A stretch of 63,775 bases of DNA, the filler included, from Polymyxa betae A26-41 (taxonomy: Eukaryota; Protista; Endomyxa: Phytomyxea), in the NCBI GenBank assembly GCA_003693705.1. It is 5 parts of 5 records of this genome, joined end to end, with 100 filler letters (N's around TTAATTAATTAA, not from the genome) between each part and the next. Parts side by side here need not be neighbours in the genome. Positions count along the whole stretch, not along the records: positions 18,530 to 28,511 come from RBZT01000355.1; positions 28,612 to 48,552 come from RBZT01000448.1; 3 more parts are not named here. The stretch is one strand, 5' to 3'. Made by a program: the position numbers and the translations under genes. The notes beneath the pieces are model-generated. The model saw only the letters and a list, made by a program, of their open reading frames with translations. It searched no databases and was not told the origin of the DNA. Positions within the stretch are counted from its first letter, which is position 1, and each line of letters starts with the position of its first letter. This document shows, piece by piece, positions 25,261 through 37,276 of this stretch.

Positions 25261-26025
25261 TGACATGGAAATTCTGCTCCTGTTTATTGCCAAGCTTACA
25301 TCTTTCTTCAAATATCCCTGTTGGACCTTTCAAAATGCGCCCTTCCGGCCAGAGAACTATCGTCAACACCACTTGAAGTGATGTAATCACGAATCGGAAA
25401 ATCACGATTTATAGTGTAATATTTTTAGATTACGATTGCTGGCAATAGGACGCATTCCAGCTCTCAGAACCAGACACCCTTAATTGGTGGCTGTCAAAAA
25501 GCCTGAATCTGCGAGGCAACGCCACCGACCCGCGTTCACTTGTCGCCTTCATAACAACCATCCAACCAAATGGCAGGAGTATAAATCGAGTTCATAGGAA
25601 GGAATTAAAACATTCTTCGATTTTCCTGAAAGCGAAAAGCATGCCTTAAACGCATGCCTTGTTGGCATGCTTTTTGCTTTGAGATTTGGAGCCACAATTT
25701 TCCTTGTCAGTTTCCCAACATTGCAACAGTCGAATCGGACTTTTCGGTCTTGAAATGTAAAAACGAAGCTCATCGAAGTGCCCGGAGCAATTTTTGCTCG
25801 AAAGGAATACTTCATTAGGGGGTATCAAAGCTGCGAGGATCGGTGATTTTCCCGCTTGCTTCTCCCATCGGGAAACTCCATTTTCCCGGGTTGTAAGGGA
25901 TCCCGTAAGAATCGGTTTTCACCTTGCACGTAAGTTGGGGGTATCAAGCATAACAAATAAAATTATGTTTTCCTTTCTCCGATCGAGAGTATTGTCTGAA
26001 AGATCTTGAGCCAGCATTACAATTC

Positions 26026-27230
26026 ATGGCTGCAGAAATATTGCTATACAGAACGTCGAATCCTCAGGGAACTTCACGAGCAAGGCGAATGGCCAATGAT
26101 CTCATTCAATTTATTGGTCTTGTTCGGGAGACTCGGTATATCGAACCCCGATTACCGCTTTTTAAAAACATGTCAAGTATACTACAGCTCCCTGAGCTCT
26201 CTCCTGAGAATTTGTTCAAGTAACGAGAGTCAGCATTGAGACTTTCGCATTTATATCAAATGAAATCCAAGGTATAAAATTTGAATAAAAATTTTGCAAA
26301 TTAAAACCATTTCGTAGTTGATGCTGTAAAAAGAACGAATCCCAGAATCCCCAGCGAGAAGTTTGGATTCAGCTTGCTTGTGCCTTGCACCGTTTGTGGC
26401 ATTTCGGAAATGGCTCGGCAATTGGAATGGTCGCTAAAGCGAAAGGAGTTGGATACGGTAGCGTGTCTCTTTATACCAAGCGCGTTATCAAAGCGCTCAA
26501 GCATTTGGCCACAAAGTACATCAGACGGCCGAACGTATCAGAACGTAGATCACTCAGTGAGCACAACCACGAAGAGTTCAGTTTTGAAGGCTGTATTTTA
26601 TGTACTGATGGACCCATATCATACTCTTTCAAAAACCAGGTCTCGATGGAGAGGTGTTCTACAACAGAAAATCCACATACTCCATGAATGTGCTGCTGAA
26701 CTTCGATTACCATCGCCAAATTCGCTATGTACTCCCAGGATGGCCAGGGTCTGTGCATGACAGCACTATTTGGGAAAATGGTGCAGTTGCTAAAAAATCG
26801 ACCAAAAATTTTTCTCCTGGGCAGTACCAGCTTGGAGATTCTGGCTCTAAGTTAAGTCGAACAATGATCGTGCCATACTGGCAGCCGGCCGCCACCATTC
26901 CTGAAAATTAAGCATTCAATAAGAAGCTTTTGGTTACGCGGGTCGTTTGTGAACATGGCAATGGCATCCTGAAGGGCCGTTGGCAGTCGTTACGAGGTTT
27001 GCCTGTCTTGTGTGAACAAAGAAAGCGATATCCAATCCGTTCGTGATTTGATATCTGCATGCTGTGCTTTAAACAATATCGTAAATTCCCGACGATTAGC
27101 GGCGGATAGTATTGTGTATGATCCAGAAAATGACAATGAGGACAACAACAGTAATGGATTCGCAGAAAGTATTGATGCACTAGGGTTTCGTCGTCAATTC
27201 CAGCAACAAGTTCTGTATTTTTGGTCATAA
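26026..27230 (+). mobile_element. PIF/Harbinger transposase pseudogene, copy 3
   Basis: HFGNGSAIGMVAKAKGVGYGSV, GCILCTDG, FYNRKSTYSMN, GWPGSVHDSTIW, YQLGDSG, TRVVCEHGNGILKGRW, ACCALNNIV. Confidence 0.92.
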
Positions 27231-27231
27231 A

Positions 27232-28195
27232 CTAATCTGCGAAGGCAAGCTCTAAAGCTTGCTTAATTTGTTCGATATCTACGCCGAATGCCATAAGCGT
27301 CGATATCAAATTTACCTTGGCAACTTTGTTGGCTAACTTCTGGTTGTGTAGACTGTTGCCCTCTTCCATTTGCAAGCGTTGCTTCTCAATGTTAATTCTA
27401 CCTTGCTCAATAACAGCATTCTTTTCCAAAATGAGCAGTTCATGGTCCATTTTCTTCGATTCTATTTCAAACTGAGCACTCTGTATCTCAGCGAAGGCAG
27501 AGGCGAAATCTTTTCGAGCCTTTTTGGCAGAGATTTCCAGACCGGCTGGGAATTCCAGGCGCTTAGATGTCAGGTTATCGGAGGCCCCATTCGATTTGCT
27601 CTTCTGTCGGGATGCAGATTGACTACCACTTCGTGCTGAGTATCACCTCTAGGCAAAGATTTCTCTTCGGAATCCCTAACTGTGGATGGACGCTGCAAAG
27701 TTTCCTGATGCTCACCAAAGGCAGATGCCAAATTTTCCAGGTACGTTTCCGGCCAGGACGGTTGAATAAATTCAGGCCAGTCTGGGTGAATTTGGGAAGT
27801 TTCATCGTTGCCTACCTTTTCATTATCGGCCCCCGTTTCGTCTGCTTCGTTTTCGCTCTTGCTCTCAGAAACCTGGCTGGGCTGTGACAGCCCCAGTTCG
27901 ACGACCGCGGCAGGGGTGATGTTTTGACGGTGTCCATATAAAGCATTCATATGGCTATAAAAATGACAGAGTGATTCAAGCTTATCTTCTATCGTCATTA
28001 AGACTTTCTCATGATCTTGCTCCGTTAAACCAAAACCTGTACTTTCGCAGGTATGCTTCGTCTTTCTGTAAAGTTTGACGAAACTTTCGTATCTACTTTT
28101 TGCGTCATCAGGAGTCCAGGCGCGTTCCTTGTCATTAATAATTATGGGACGAAATCAGCCATAGCTTTATAAGCAGAAGCTTTGGAGAGCTTTTG
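27232..28195 (-). mobile_element. Harbinger second ORF (Myb/SANT-like DNA-binding protein plus coiled coil), degenerate, convergent with transposase copy 3
   Basis: WTPDDAKSRYESFVKLYRKT...TGFGLTEQD...LESLCHFYSHMNALYGHRQNITP and a C-terminal coiled coil; its stop lies 2 nt from the transposase stop. Confidence 0.75.
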
Positions 28196-28197
28196 TC

Positions 28198-28471
28198 TGT
28201 GAGGACTGGGACAGGGCGAGGAAGAATAAGTGAAGGCTACGAAGAAGCAGGCGAACAAGAGTTATAAGAATCGAATAGATTCGAGAATGATTGTATTTCG
28301 ATAAATAGAGAAAGCAAAGGTTCGAAATTGTGAGTCACGATACTTGAGTCAACAGGAACTTGGAATTGATGGTAGATGACTCATGAGGTAGCTCGGAAGC
28401 TGAACGGAAGTAGTGAATCATGACAGAGACGATGGACGTAGTGATTACGCTTTCGCCCCACATCCCTGACA
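28198..28471. mobile_element. Probable LTR interrupting the Myb-like ORF
   Basis: TGTGAGG...CCCTGACA termini; TSD only partially matches (TTGTC/GTGTT). Confidence 0.5.
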
Positions 28472-28511
28472 GTGTTAGCGGAATCCTCTCATATCAGCTA
28501 CCGCCGAGATG

Positions 28512-28611
28512 NNNNNNNNNNNNNNNNNNNNNNNNNNNNNNNNNNNNNNNNNNNNTTAATTAATTAANNNNNNNNNNNNNNNNNNNNNNNNNNNNNNNNN
28601 NNNNNNNNNNN
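28512..28611. other. Artificial contig linker
   Basis: N44-TTAATTAATTAA-N44. Confidence 0.98.
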
Positions 28612-30725
28612 ATTAGCGACAGATTGCCCCGGATGCAAAGCCGTTTTACAAGAGGCCAAAGAACGATTATGCATCATGAACATCGATTGTGTTCTCTTAA
28701 CGCATCATCATCATTGACAACAATTCGCCAAATGTTTTTATCATTCAGCAGTCAATCTGGGTTTTTATTTAATCCATTCTAGATTCGGCCAAGACGTGCC
28801 TGCGTATAAATGCCACCATCCAGATGTCCCAGGAGTTTGAAGACATCTCCGATGGACAGGTACATCATACTGGATTGTCTGTGGATGTATGCGAAAAGCT
28901 CCTGATTTTAGCAATTTCAAACTGAATCCGGCACTGAAATCATTGCTTTTCAAACACCTGGTCATACCTCAGACCATTGCGTTTTCTATTCCCCATCCCA
29001 CCGCATTTTATTTTCTGGAGATTGGTACGCTCTTGTGAATATTTGATCGGCACTAATTTTCTTGTAGCGTGCTGGGAAGCAATTCAAGCACTGTATTCAT
29101 GGATCTAGAAAGGTTATCAGTGATCAGTTTGCATTGTTGAACATTATTGGTGTTTATGCATTTCACAGCTTTCTATGCAGTTTAGAGCGGCTGTCAGAAA
29201 TGTCTGCACAATTTAGAAAAATTTGTCCAGGACATGGCTCGATTATTGAGAATCCTTCCGAGAAGCTGATTGAATATATTAGCCACAGGGTTGATCATCT
29301 TCCCATTTTGCTAATTGATTCTAACTCCGACCATAGACATCAAGAAACGAGCAGATCATGGAGATTTTGAAGACCAATCCTGCTACATATCAAAAGATTT
29401 ATGCCCGGATTTATCCCACCGTTCCTGATAGCCTATCTCGAGCTTCTACATTTGTCCTCTCCCAACATCTCGAGAATCTAATGACAAAACAGAGGATCTA
29501 GAAAGTCCAAGATGCATATCAGTGTATCGAGCGATAAGTTCTGATAAACAACTGCTGGTCTGTTTCTGAGTTGTTATTCAAAGCCAGTGCATTCGTCACT
29601 AAACATGTTCTTGCAAAATAAGGATAATAGAACTCGCGCGTGCCTGATTTTCCATTTGTCGCACGAACAACATGAGCGCTACTTCCAGGAAAGAGAAGCC
29701 GAAAGTGAAAATCCCCTTTTTCGTGGCTTTAACGCCACCCCATATTGCCGCTCTATCTGAGCCTACCAGCCGCCAACAACGACGACGATCATGTCGAGGT
29801 CTTCGATGAAAAAATCGTCATCGAATCCAGCCATTCTTGGACGAGTCTATCCCGTCAAATCAAAGATGCCTGCATTGCAAAGCGTTGTGCGATGGGAGTG
29901 TTTGAGCATGAAGCCAAGAAAACAAATTATCATGAAGTTAGAACGCATGAAGATATCCTCGATCAAATTCAAGGAATGGCTTAAAAAGAATACGGGCTTC
30001 AAGAAGCGTTATTTACCAGCCCGTATTCGCCATTACGTGCCGATGCTCTTCGGCCGCTCTTTGTCGCTGGAAGTAAAGGCAGCGGCGTTCCCCCGATTAG
30101 GATTCTTCAGCCCTCCAAGCATAAAACCAGATCCAGGCGGTTTTCTCATCTGATATAAACATGACTGTTGCAAAGTCATAGAGAGCCTGCATCGAATGGC
30201 ATCAACCGCGTCTTACATCATGAGAAGCTATCACTTAGATGGCCGTGCAATCGCATAACGGATCGGCTCTGGGACGGCAACTCGAAGCCGTATACACCCG
30301 ATATTGTACGTATTGGGCGAGCGTCCATTATTCGAGATGGTGCTGTTAAAACATCAGCTTGGATGTGCTGGTCGATGCGTTTTTCAGATATAGCCCAAGT
30401 AAGTCCCTTACTTCGCAATATTCCTGCTTTCGCTTGCCTTTCTTTTGTAAATTCAAATGTCCCTGGAACGAATTGATGGAGTTTGGCAGGCAGTTGGAAG
30501 CCACCAGGATAGCCGCCGTATGAGTTGAGTGTATTCCGAATATAGGTCCCCAAACAGAATTCTATTACTGATACAAGTACAACTCTCGGAGATCAATAAT
30601 ACAGACAACCAAGAAGAGATTTTCACAATATGTTTGACTCCTGCGTAAATCATCCTATATTCCGACTTACAGGAAATCAACCTTTCTCCTCATCTTCACG
30701 AATCTACTTTTGCTAATAATCTTGG

Positions 30726-31431
30726 CCGGTTTAAATTTGGTGATTACCCTAACTAAAAAAAAAGTTAGTTTTGGTATTTTTCCTGCGTTATTTTGTTGAA
30801 TTTTTGGTAAATCCCTAAAAATCGACATTTATTGGTGAAAAAAAGAGAAAACTGTTGCCAATCGGCCTACTTCATCTTCTGCACAATTATTCAACCTGCT
30901 TAGCTTGAATGATGCCTTTAAAAAAGAGGCTGGAGAGTCTCGCGAATCGCGATGCTCATTTTGAATTTCTCCCATCCAAACACCGAGAAATCCTATTCAG
31001 CGGAGGAAGTGTTTGGGAAAACTGTGAAAAGGGCCCCCGCAAATGATCGAAGAAAGGAAAATCTTCCTTTCACGATGTCCCAATTCTTCTCAAAAGACGA
31101 ATCGCTGCTTTCATCTTGAGCACTTTTCACTGTCGATTCGGTTTGATAAACTTAAAAAAGCTCTATCTGCCCCGAGGTATTCTGACTCAACACGTATGAA
31201 AATCGGTCACGGTATCTTTGGAGCAAAGATGAAAATTCTTCCGCAGAGCATACCTAGATATGCAGGAGAGACTGATGGAGATTTCTCTTCGACTGGCCAG
31301 TTCTGAGAATCTCGCAATATACAGATTCGGCTAATGTTTTATCAAAATTTTGGGTTAATTTTGGCAACTTTTAGATTTTATTTTGCTTAATTTTGGTATC
31401 TATAAATAGATACCAAATTTAAACCGGACTG
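30726..31431. mobile_element. Non-autonomous TIR element (Tc1/mariner-like right end CTG-TA)
   Basis: CCGGTTTAAATTTGGT (30726-30741) is the inverted copy of ACCAAATTTAAACCGG (31412-31427). Confidence 0.7.
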
Positions 31432-31487
31432 TAATAATCACCTATTATCAATTTGATCTGATATCAGATTCGTTTTGATTATTTGGT

Positions 31488-31685
31488 GGCCGAGGATAGA
31501 GCGAACTCTGGTCCCCGCGACTCATAAATTATGAAGTCGACCCCAGCTTGTGCTGAAGCCATATCGCTTCACAGACACCCTGCGTATATCACAACGCGTG
31601 CAGTTGGGCCGCTCCACCATAGCCCACGATCCTTAATGATCGACCGTTATGTGGTCTTACCACTGGGCACCTTCAAGGTAAGTAT
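31488..31685 (-). ncRNA. U1: U1 spliceosomal snRNA (copy 1)
   Basis: 5' ATACTTACCT, loop I GATCATTAAG, TGCAC, GAAG/CTTC closing helix, Sm-like AATTTATGA, 3' stem with TTCG loop; highly similar to 51124-51321. Confidence 0.92.
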
Positions 31686-31742
31686 GAGAAATATATGAGT
31701 CAAACCTCCTCCCTATATACATAAGCCAATGATGATTGACAT

Positions 31743-31753
31743 TATGGGACCTT
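31743..31753 (-). promoter_or_regulatory. snRNA upstream element AAGGTCCCATA (U1 copy 1)
   Basis: Identical 11-mer at about -57 to -67 of all three snRNA genes. Confidence 0.8.
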
Positions 31754-32827
31754 TTCTTGGTGAAGGGCTGCGCTGCGCAATATTTCAGCTTCGTCACTGA
31801 TGCTATGGACGCACATATTTCATTCTGGGCTGCGCCATCATCGATAATCAAACAATTTTTTTACTTGTTTCATCTTTTGTTCAATTGTGTTGTGACATTT
31901 CACAATTTGAATGCTGATCAAGCAGTCCAAGTAATTGAATATTTTTACTATCTCAAAAATGTAGTTTCTCCTGTATTCTCTGATGTTGTCAGCCACGGCC
32001 CACGGGGATGGCAGCAATCCTGCAAGATCACTTACAGGAATTAAAGAATTGTGTCAAAATGTTTTCATGTTGACAGCCAGTATGACAATCCACTCTGGCA
32101 AGATTTCTGTTCCTAAAAATCGATCTCAAATTGATCTTTCTGTTTTGAATCTGCTCAAATAATAAAACCGTCCAGCTTCAGTTGACCGAAACCAGGGAAT
32201 ATTTGGGAGCTAGGCACGAGAACTTTTCAAAAACTCATTCTCACTTGCCGCTTATACAAGAAGTTTATCTGGGCTCAAGAGAACGGATGGAAATCTAAAT
32301 CATCTTACTGGGTAACTTTGTGCCCCGATTTTATGCAGTATTACTATCTGCTGCAAGAGAGACCTGAGAAAGCCTCGAAGGGGAAGCCCATTTCCACATT
32401 CCACATTTCCTCAGAATTGTTCCCGCATCATCATTATGTATATGTCCCATTGGCTGACTTGGTTGATTATTGTTTTATTGGATAGAGTTAGGGTTTGAAG
32501 AACAGTCATATAATGCGACTATGGGTCTAGAATTGTCACAGTCTTGCGAAACAAAAACTGCTGTGTGATGTTACATTTCCGGGGCTGTTTTGCTATCGCT
32601 TCCGATGAGATCAATCGACAAAAGGCCTCCGAATCTTCAGTAGGCATTATATTGGTGATGCGGAATGGCAGAGGCAAATGGCGCAGCGGCCACACTCGTG
32701 ATGTAGTCGATCCCTCAAACTCTCTTGTTACGGACTCCTATAAAATTCCTGACGGTACGGACTGCCGAAATTGCGTGAGGGAATCTGATTCTGCCATTTC
32801 GGTCTGTGTTGTCATCGCTTGAGAGCA

Positions 32828-35316
32828 ATGCTGTCTACCATCGTCGCTCTCATTCTGGTCGCTGTTCATGTTACGGACACAGTCGAGACTTCGTTAAAGC
32901 TTCCCTGGGACCAGTACGGCTTGGCTGTCGCCGATGACCATGATGTATTGTTGATCTGGTATCTTTGTAATGACATTTTAATTAGATATATGATAGATGT
33001 TGATTGAGACCGATATCCGTCCTGTTCAAGATTCTTGTTTGTTGCGATGTGAGTCCGATCATCCAGTTCATGGTGATTCTCAGAGAGATGATTTGTCCAG
33101 AATATTCAGTATGGGGGAATCTTCCCAATTTGACTTCAATTTTGACGTAAGGCTGTTTTTGTCACCAGATTCCCTGCTTACATTGTATTTTTGAAATTTC
33201 ACGAGATTCTGCTGCATAAAATTGTTTAGGCTACTTGCATTCAGATTGATTGATATTTCATTATAGGATTTGTTCGCTCAAGAATTGCGGACCATACCAG
33301 AACCCCTTTTAACAAATCCATCTGAAATCGAACCTGAAGATCAAAATCTGGAACGCTCTCTAGGTTCTTGTTCTGCTCATGCTCACGAATCCCCTCATCT
33401 GCGCCAGGTATTAATTCATTTAGAAACCACTCATTTCTGCTGAGTAACAGTTTCAACCAGGTCGCTTTTGATAATGATTCAAACGTCAGAAAGAGAAAAT
33501 ACAGGCCTAATCCAGCTTTGTCTAACAGTTTGAATGATTTGTTAGATCTTAATGTGAATGATATTACTGACTACAATAGTTTATGTCAATTTCTGGTAAA
33601 TAATTCTTATCAATTAGTGAGCTGTGTGTAATATTCTGTGTATAAGAGGAAACAACCGAACAGTGAGGAACTGAAATTTTTTAATCAGCTGCCGACCTCT
33701 CGTATATCCCAAGATTGTCATACTAATGACGAGTCTTTGATTATCGGAATCAACAATACGAAACTGAAACTGTATGAGATCAATCTAATTGTTCAGACCA
33801 AGAACGCACTGCCAAAGTTGATTTCGATCGCCAACCTTTATCGGAAATTATGCCTGGCCCGCAAGAATGGTGCTTTGAAGTATAAAACGATTTTAAGAGA
33901 CTACTGGAACAGCTCTGTATGCATTCCTGTATTACAAAATGTGGTGAATTGCTGCCATAAAAATCTTCTAACGTTTCAATCTCGCTGGGGAATCGCATTC
34001 AAGCATGCGAATTTCCGTCTAAAATGTTCGGGCAATCCCTGCGGATACTCCAAATTCCGGGTGAAAAACAACGGGCGGCTATCTACTGACAGTTCTGTCG
34101 CTGCCCAACGATCTGATAATACTACTCCTATAGACCGAAACTATATCAAACCCTCTTCTAGTCGCATTCAATCCAACATTCCACAAAAGTTAATTCCCAG
34201 ATCTGTGACAGGGATGAGGATTCTTAATCCGTTGCTGGACTGTAATGTGGACAATATTCTTGATTATGACAGTCTCTGTCTGTTTCTTGTAAGTCTGTTT
34301 ATTCAGTATTGATATACATCAATGAATGTGTCTTATTGTAGAAGAAGAAACCAGATCCAGACGAGTACGCTTTCCTTACTGATAGTCGCTGGACGATTCA
34401 TTCCAAGTGCAACGAAGACTCTCGCTTCAAACAAGAACCTTTAACAGTTTCTGTCAATAATTCTTCCTGGTCTTGACCGAGATCTCTGAACTTGCTCAAG
34501 CCAAGAACACTCTGCGGAAACTCATTCTAATTGCCAGCTTGTACACGAAAGCTGGTTGGGCCGTCAGTCAGGATGCATCAACGACAAAGCAGTATAAGCG
34601 CCTTCGTAACCGGTTAGATCGGACTTGCCTGCCAGTGTTATTATGTGTTACTATCTGCTGTAAGAAGGATCTGCGAATATTTCAATCGCGATGGGGAAGT
34701 CCGTTTTCACATTCGTGTTTCAACCAAAAATGTTTTCGTCTGGATGGGCCTGAGTCACTGTGCGGCTTTGAACGGTCAATTGGACTCGATATTGGTCCAC
34801 CCAAAGTCATTTTCGTTCCAGATTTGTCCAACACAGTTGATTGCCTTCTTAGATATCAAGTTAAAGGATTCCAGATGGTAAGATGATGATTCGCATCACT
34901 GGTCTTTCTAAGCTCGAATGTTACAGAGAACATTTCTCGACTGCATTCGGGTCCTTCGAGATCAAGTTCAGATGATGGAGCTGTTTTGTTCCAAAGATTT
35001 ACTGAAATATTTAGACGACATTGTCAATCCAATAGTGAACTGCCTTCACAATGTTTGTGATGATGATGTTAACTCCTTTATTGAGTTTTTCGGAAACCAT
35101 ATTCAGGACCAGCAACTCCTAGCGAATGAGTGCTTAAAACTGAATGATCACTTTACAGCTCTAAATGCAAATTACAGTCAATCACATCACTCACCATCAA
35201 GGGAAATGATAAAGTGTTTATTAAATTGGATTGGATTGGATTCGTCTAGTTCGTTAATCTATGTCAACAGGCGACGCTGTATCCTAAGCGCAAGGCCGAT
35301 AGAACTTATCAGGTAG
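32828..35316 (+). pseudogene. Secreted Cys-repeat protein with basic NLS-like motif, copy A (1-nt frameshift near 34470)
   Basis: Signal peptide MLSTIVALILVAVHVTDT; GT-AG introns at 32945-32996, 33147-33266, 33408-33460, 33596-33647 and 34289-34341; RKRKYR; repeated PVL..V..CC.K.L..FQSRWG..F.H..F..KC. Confidence 0.75.
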
Positions 35317-35912
35317 GCATTGCCTCTCAGATCCCTGAAAAGTTTTCAATATGTTTTGGCCTTGATGGAGAGCTATTCAATTTGGACAGCCAATGATGCG
35401 CAGTCACGCATTCTATTGACTGCGAAGATTTTTTTGCGCAGCAATAATTGCGCGATACCAAAAAGTCTCCAGATAGTGTTCCGGCTTCTGAAAACATCGA
35501 CACAGTTTTGAAAACTTGATGCCGCAGTTTTTTGAATTACAAGAAAGTGCGCCTGTCTGCATTTGCACTTCATCATCGTACGATCGAGGCTGTCCATTGC
35601 TGCAAACTTTGGTGTCGCTATGGTTCGCTGACATCAGTTCAGCTCCACTTTAAAAAGAAAAAACCATGTACTACTGTTTGAAAAAAAGTATTCGCAACTT
35701 GTTGACAGCCAAACCGCTCGCCGAATTTGGCCTAATGGTTTAGATACAGTATATATTGATATGGGCGGCGACCTGCGCTATAAATATGTGCACATATTTA
35801 CAGGCTGAGCCTATAAATATGCGCACATATTTGGGTCGCAGGTCGCAGGTCCTCACAGTGCCACGGACAAAGAATGGCGACCTGGACCGTTTATATCTGC
35901 GTTCAGATGAGA

Positions 35913-37013
35913 TGTGACTTCTCTCCACGCGTGGTGAACGCAAATTTTTCTCCCCGCGGGTTGGGCGTCTTCAGGGCTTTTTTTGGGCTTTTTTTTTAGG
36001 TTTTTTTTAGTCTCTTTATAGGTGCTTCTTTTCAGGGCTTTTTTAGGGGTTTGTTAATGGAGTGTTCCTATGTCACATTACGAAAGCAATATTCAAATCA
36101 GCTGCAATCTTGTGTGATGGGCAAACTACCTATCATGTTGGCAATTGTCAAGTTCCGAGCTCGAATGTCCTGAAGGTGATTCATTGTTTTTGGATTAGAG
36201 CTGTCCGTAAATAAACCTATTTTTTCGCCTCAAAATATAAATACCTTCTATCATTTGCTTGTCCGTAAATAGGGAAAAATCAAAGATCCCTTAAAAGATA
36301 CGCTAACCGCGAACGGTGATTTTTAAATGGCACAGACGAAGACAATATTGAATAAGGTACCGTACCGGAAGTCTTAATCCTCATCTCGCCCATACAAATT
36401 CGCATAAGCCATAAGGCTCCGGGCCCAAGACCCTTCAGCCACAAAACTCCTTGAAAATCGATAGATCTCATCGTCCTGAGCAAGATTATTGAATAATTTC
36501 TCAAAAACATCACTTCTTTGCAGAGCTTTAGTGAATAAACTTTGTATGAACTGGCAAATTTTTGGCATCTGTATGAGGAATTGTAGAGAAAACTCACGCA
36601 TCTGAAATTTTGCGAGCGCACTTTTCGAACAGGACCGAAGCGCAATCACGCTTTCTAAAAAATTATGGTCCCTCGGAGAAATGAGTTCGCACTTTGAAAA
36701 TCGTTTTGGCAGTTCATGAGGATTAAGACTTCCCGAACGGTATTTTTTGAAAAAGATGCTAAGGTATCTTTTTGGAGCATTTTAACTTTTGCAAATTATA
36801 TGGATTTGGTATCTTCTACAAATAGATCCGCAGAGAATACGTCTGAAGGTATCTTCTAGAAAACTAAGGTATCTTTCTGTTTATTTGCGGACAGCTCTAG
36901 TTATTTAATTGTCCAAGCATATCTTAAGTCCCGCGCGGACCGCGCCATCCAACAAGTGGACGCAGCCCACGTGGAGAAATAGTGCCATTCTCCACGCGTG
37001 GAGAGAAATCACA
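35913..37013. mobile_element. TIR element carrying a nested MITE
   Basis: TGTGACTTCTCTCCACGCGTGG (~35913-35934) is the inverted copy (1 mismatch) of CCACGCGTGGAGAGAAATCACA (~36992-37013). Confidence 0.55.
36196..36899. mobile_element. MITE with TAGAGCTGTCCG(T/C)AAATAAA terminal inverted repeats
   Basis: 20-bp TIRs with 1 mismatch; no 8-bp TSD seen, a TA TSD is possible. Confidence 0.75.
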
Positions 37014-37276
37014 ACAACTTTCAGATATGGACATTGGGCTAGAATTTGTTGATTTTGGTGTCGCCCACCATAGATCCAGAATCAATCGGGACAGAGTAAC
37101 GCAGACGACATTGATGTTCCAATTGTATAACGATTCAGATCTGGGTCAATAATTATGTTACAGTATTAAACTTGAAAGACTGAATCCGGGTCGGACATTG
37201 CGCACATGTCTAACGGATTGCCAAAATTGCGTGATTAAATCTCCTATTTCGTCAGGCTCTGTCATTGTCGAGAGAA

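Noticed and set aside
28612-30700. Short ORF fragments (also at 49850-52900 and 60400-62600)
   Set aside because: No recognisable motifs or consistent exon chain, so no call can be supported
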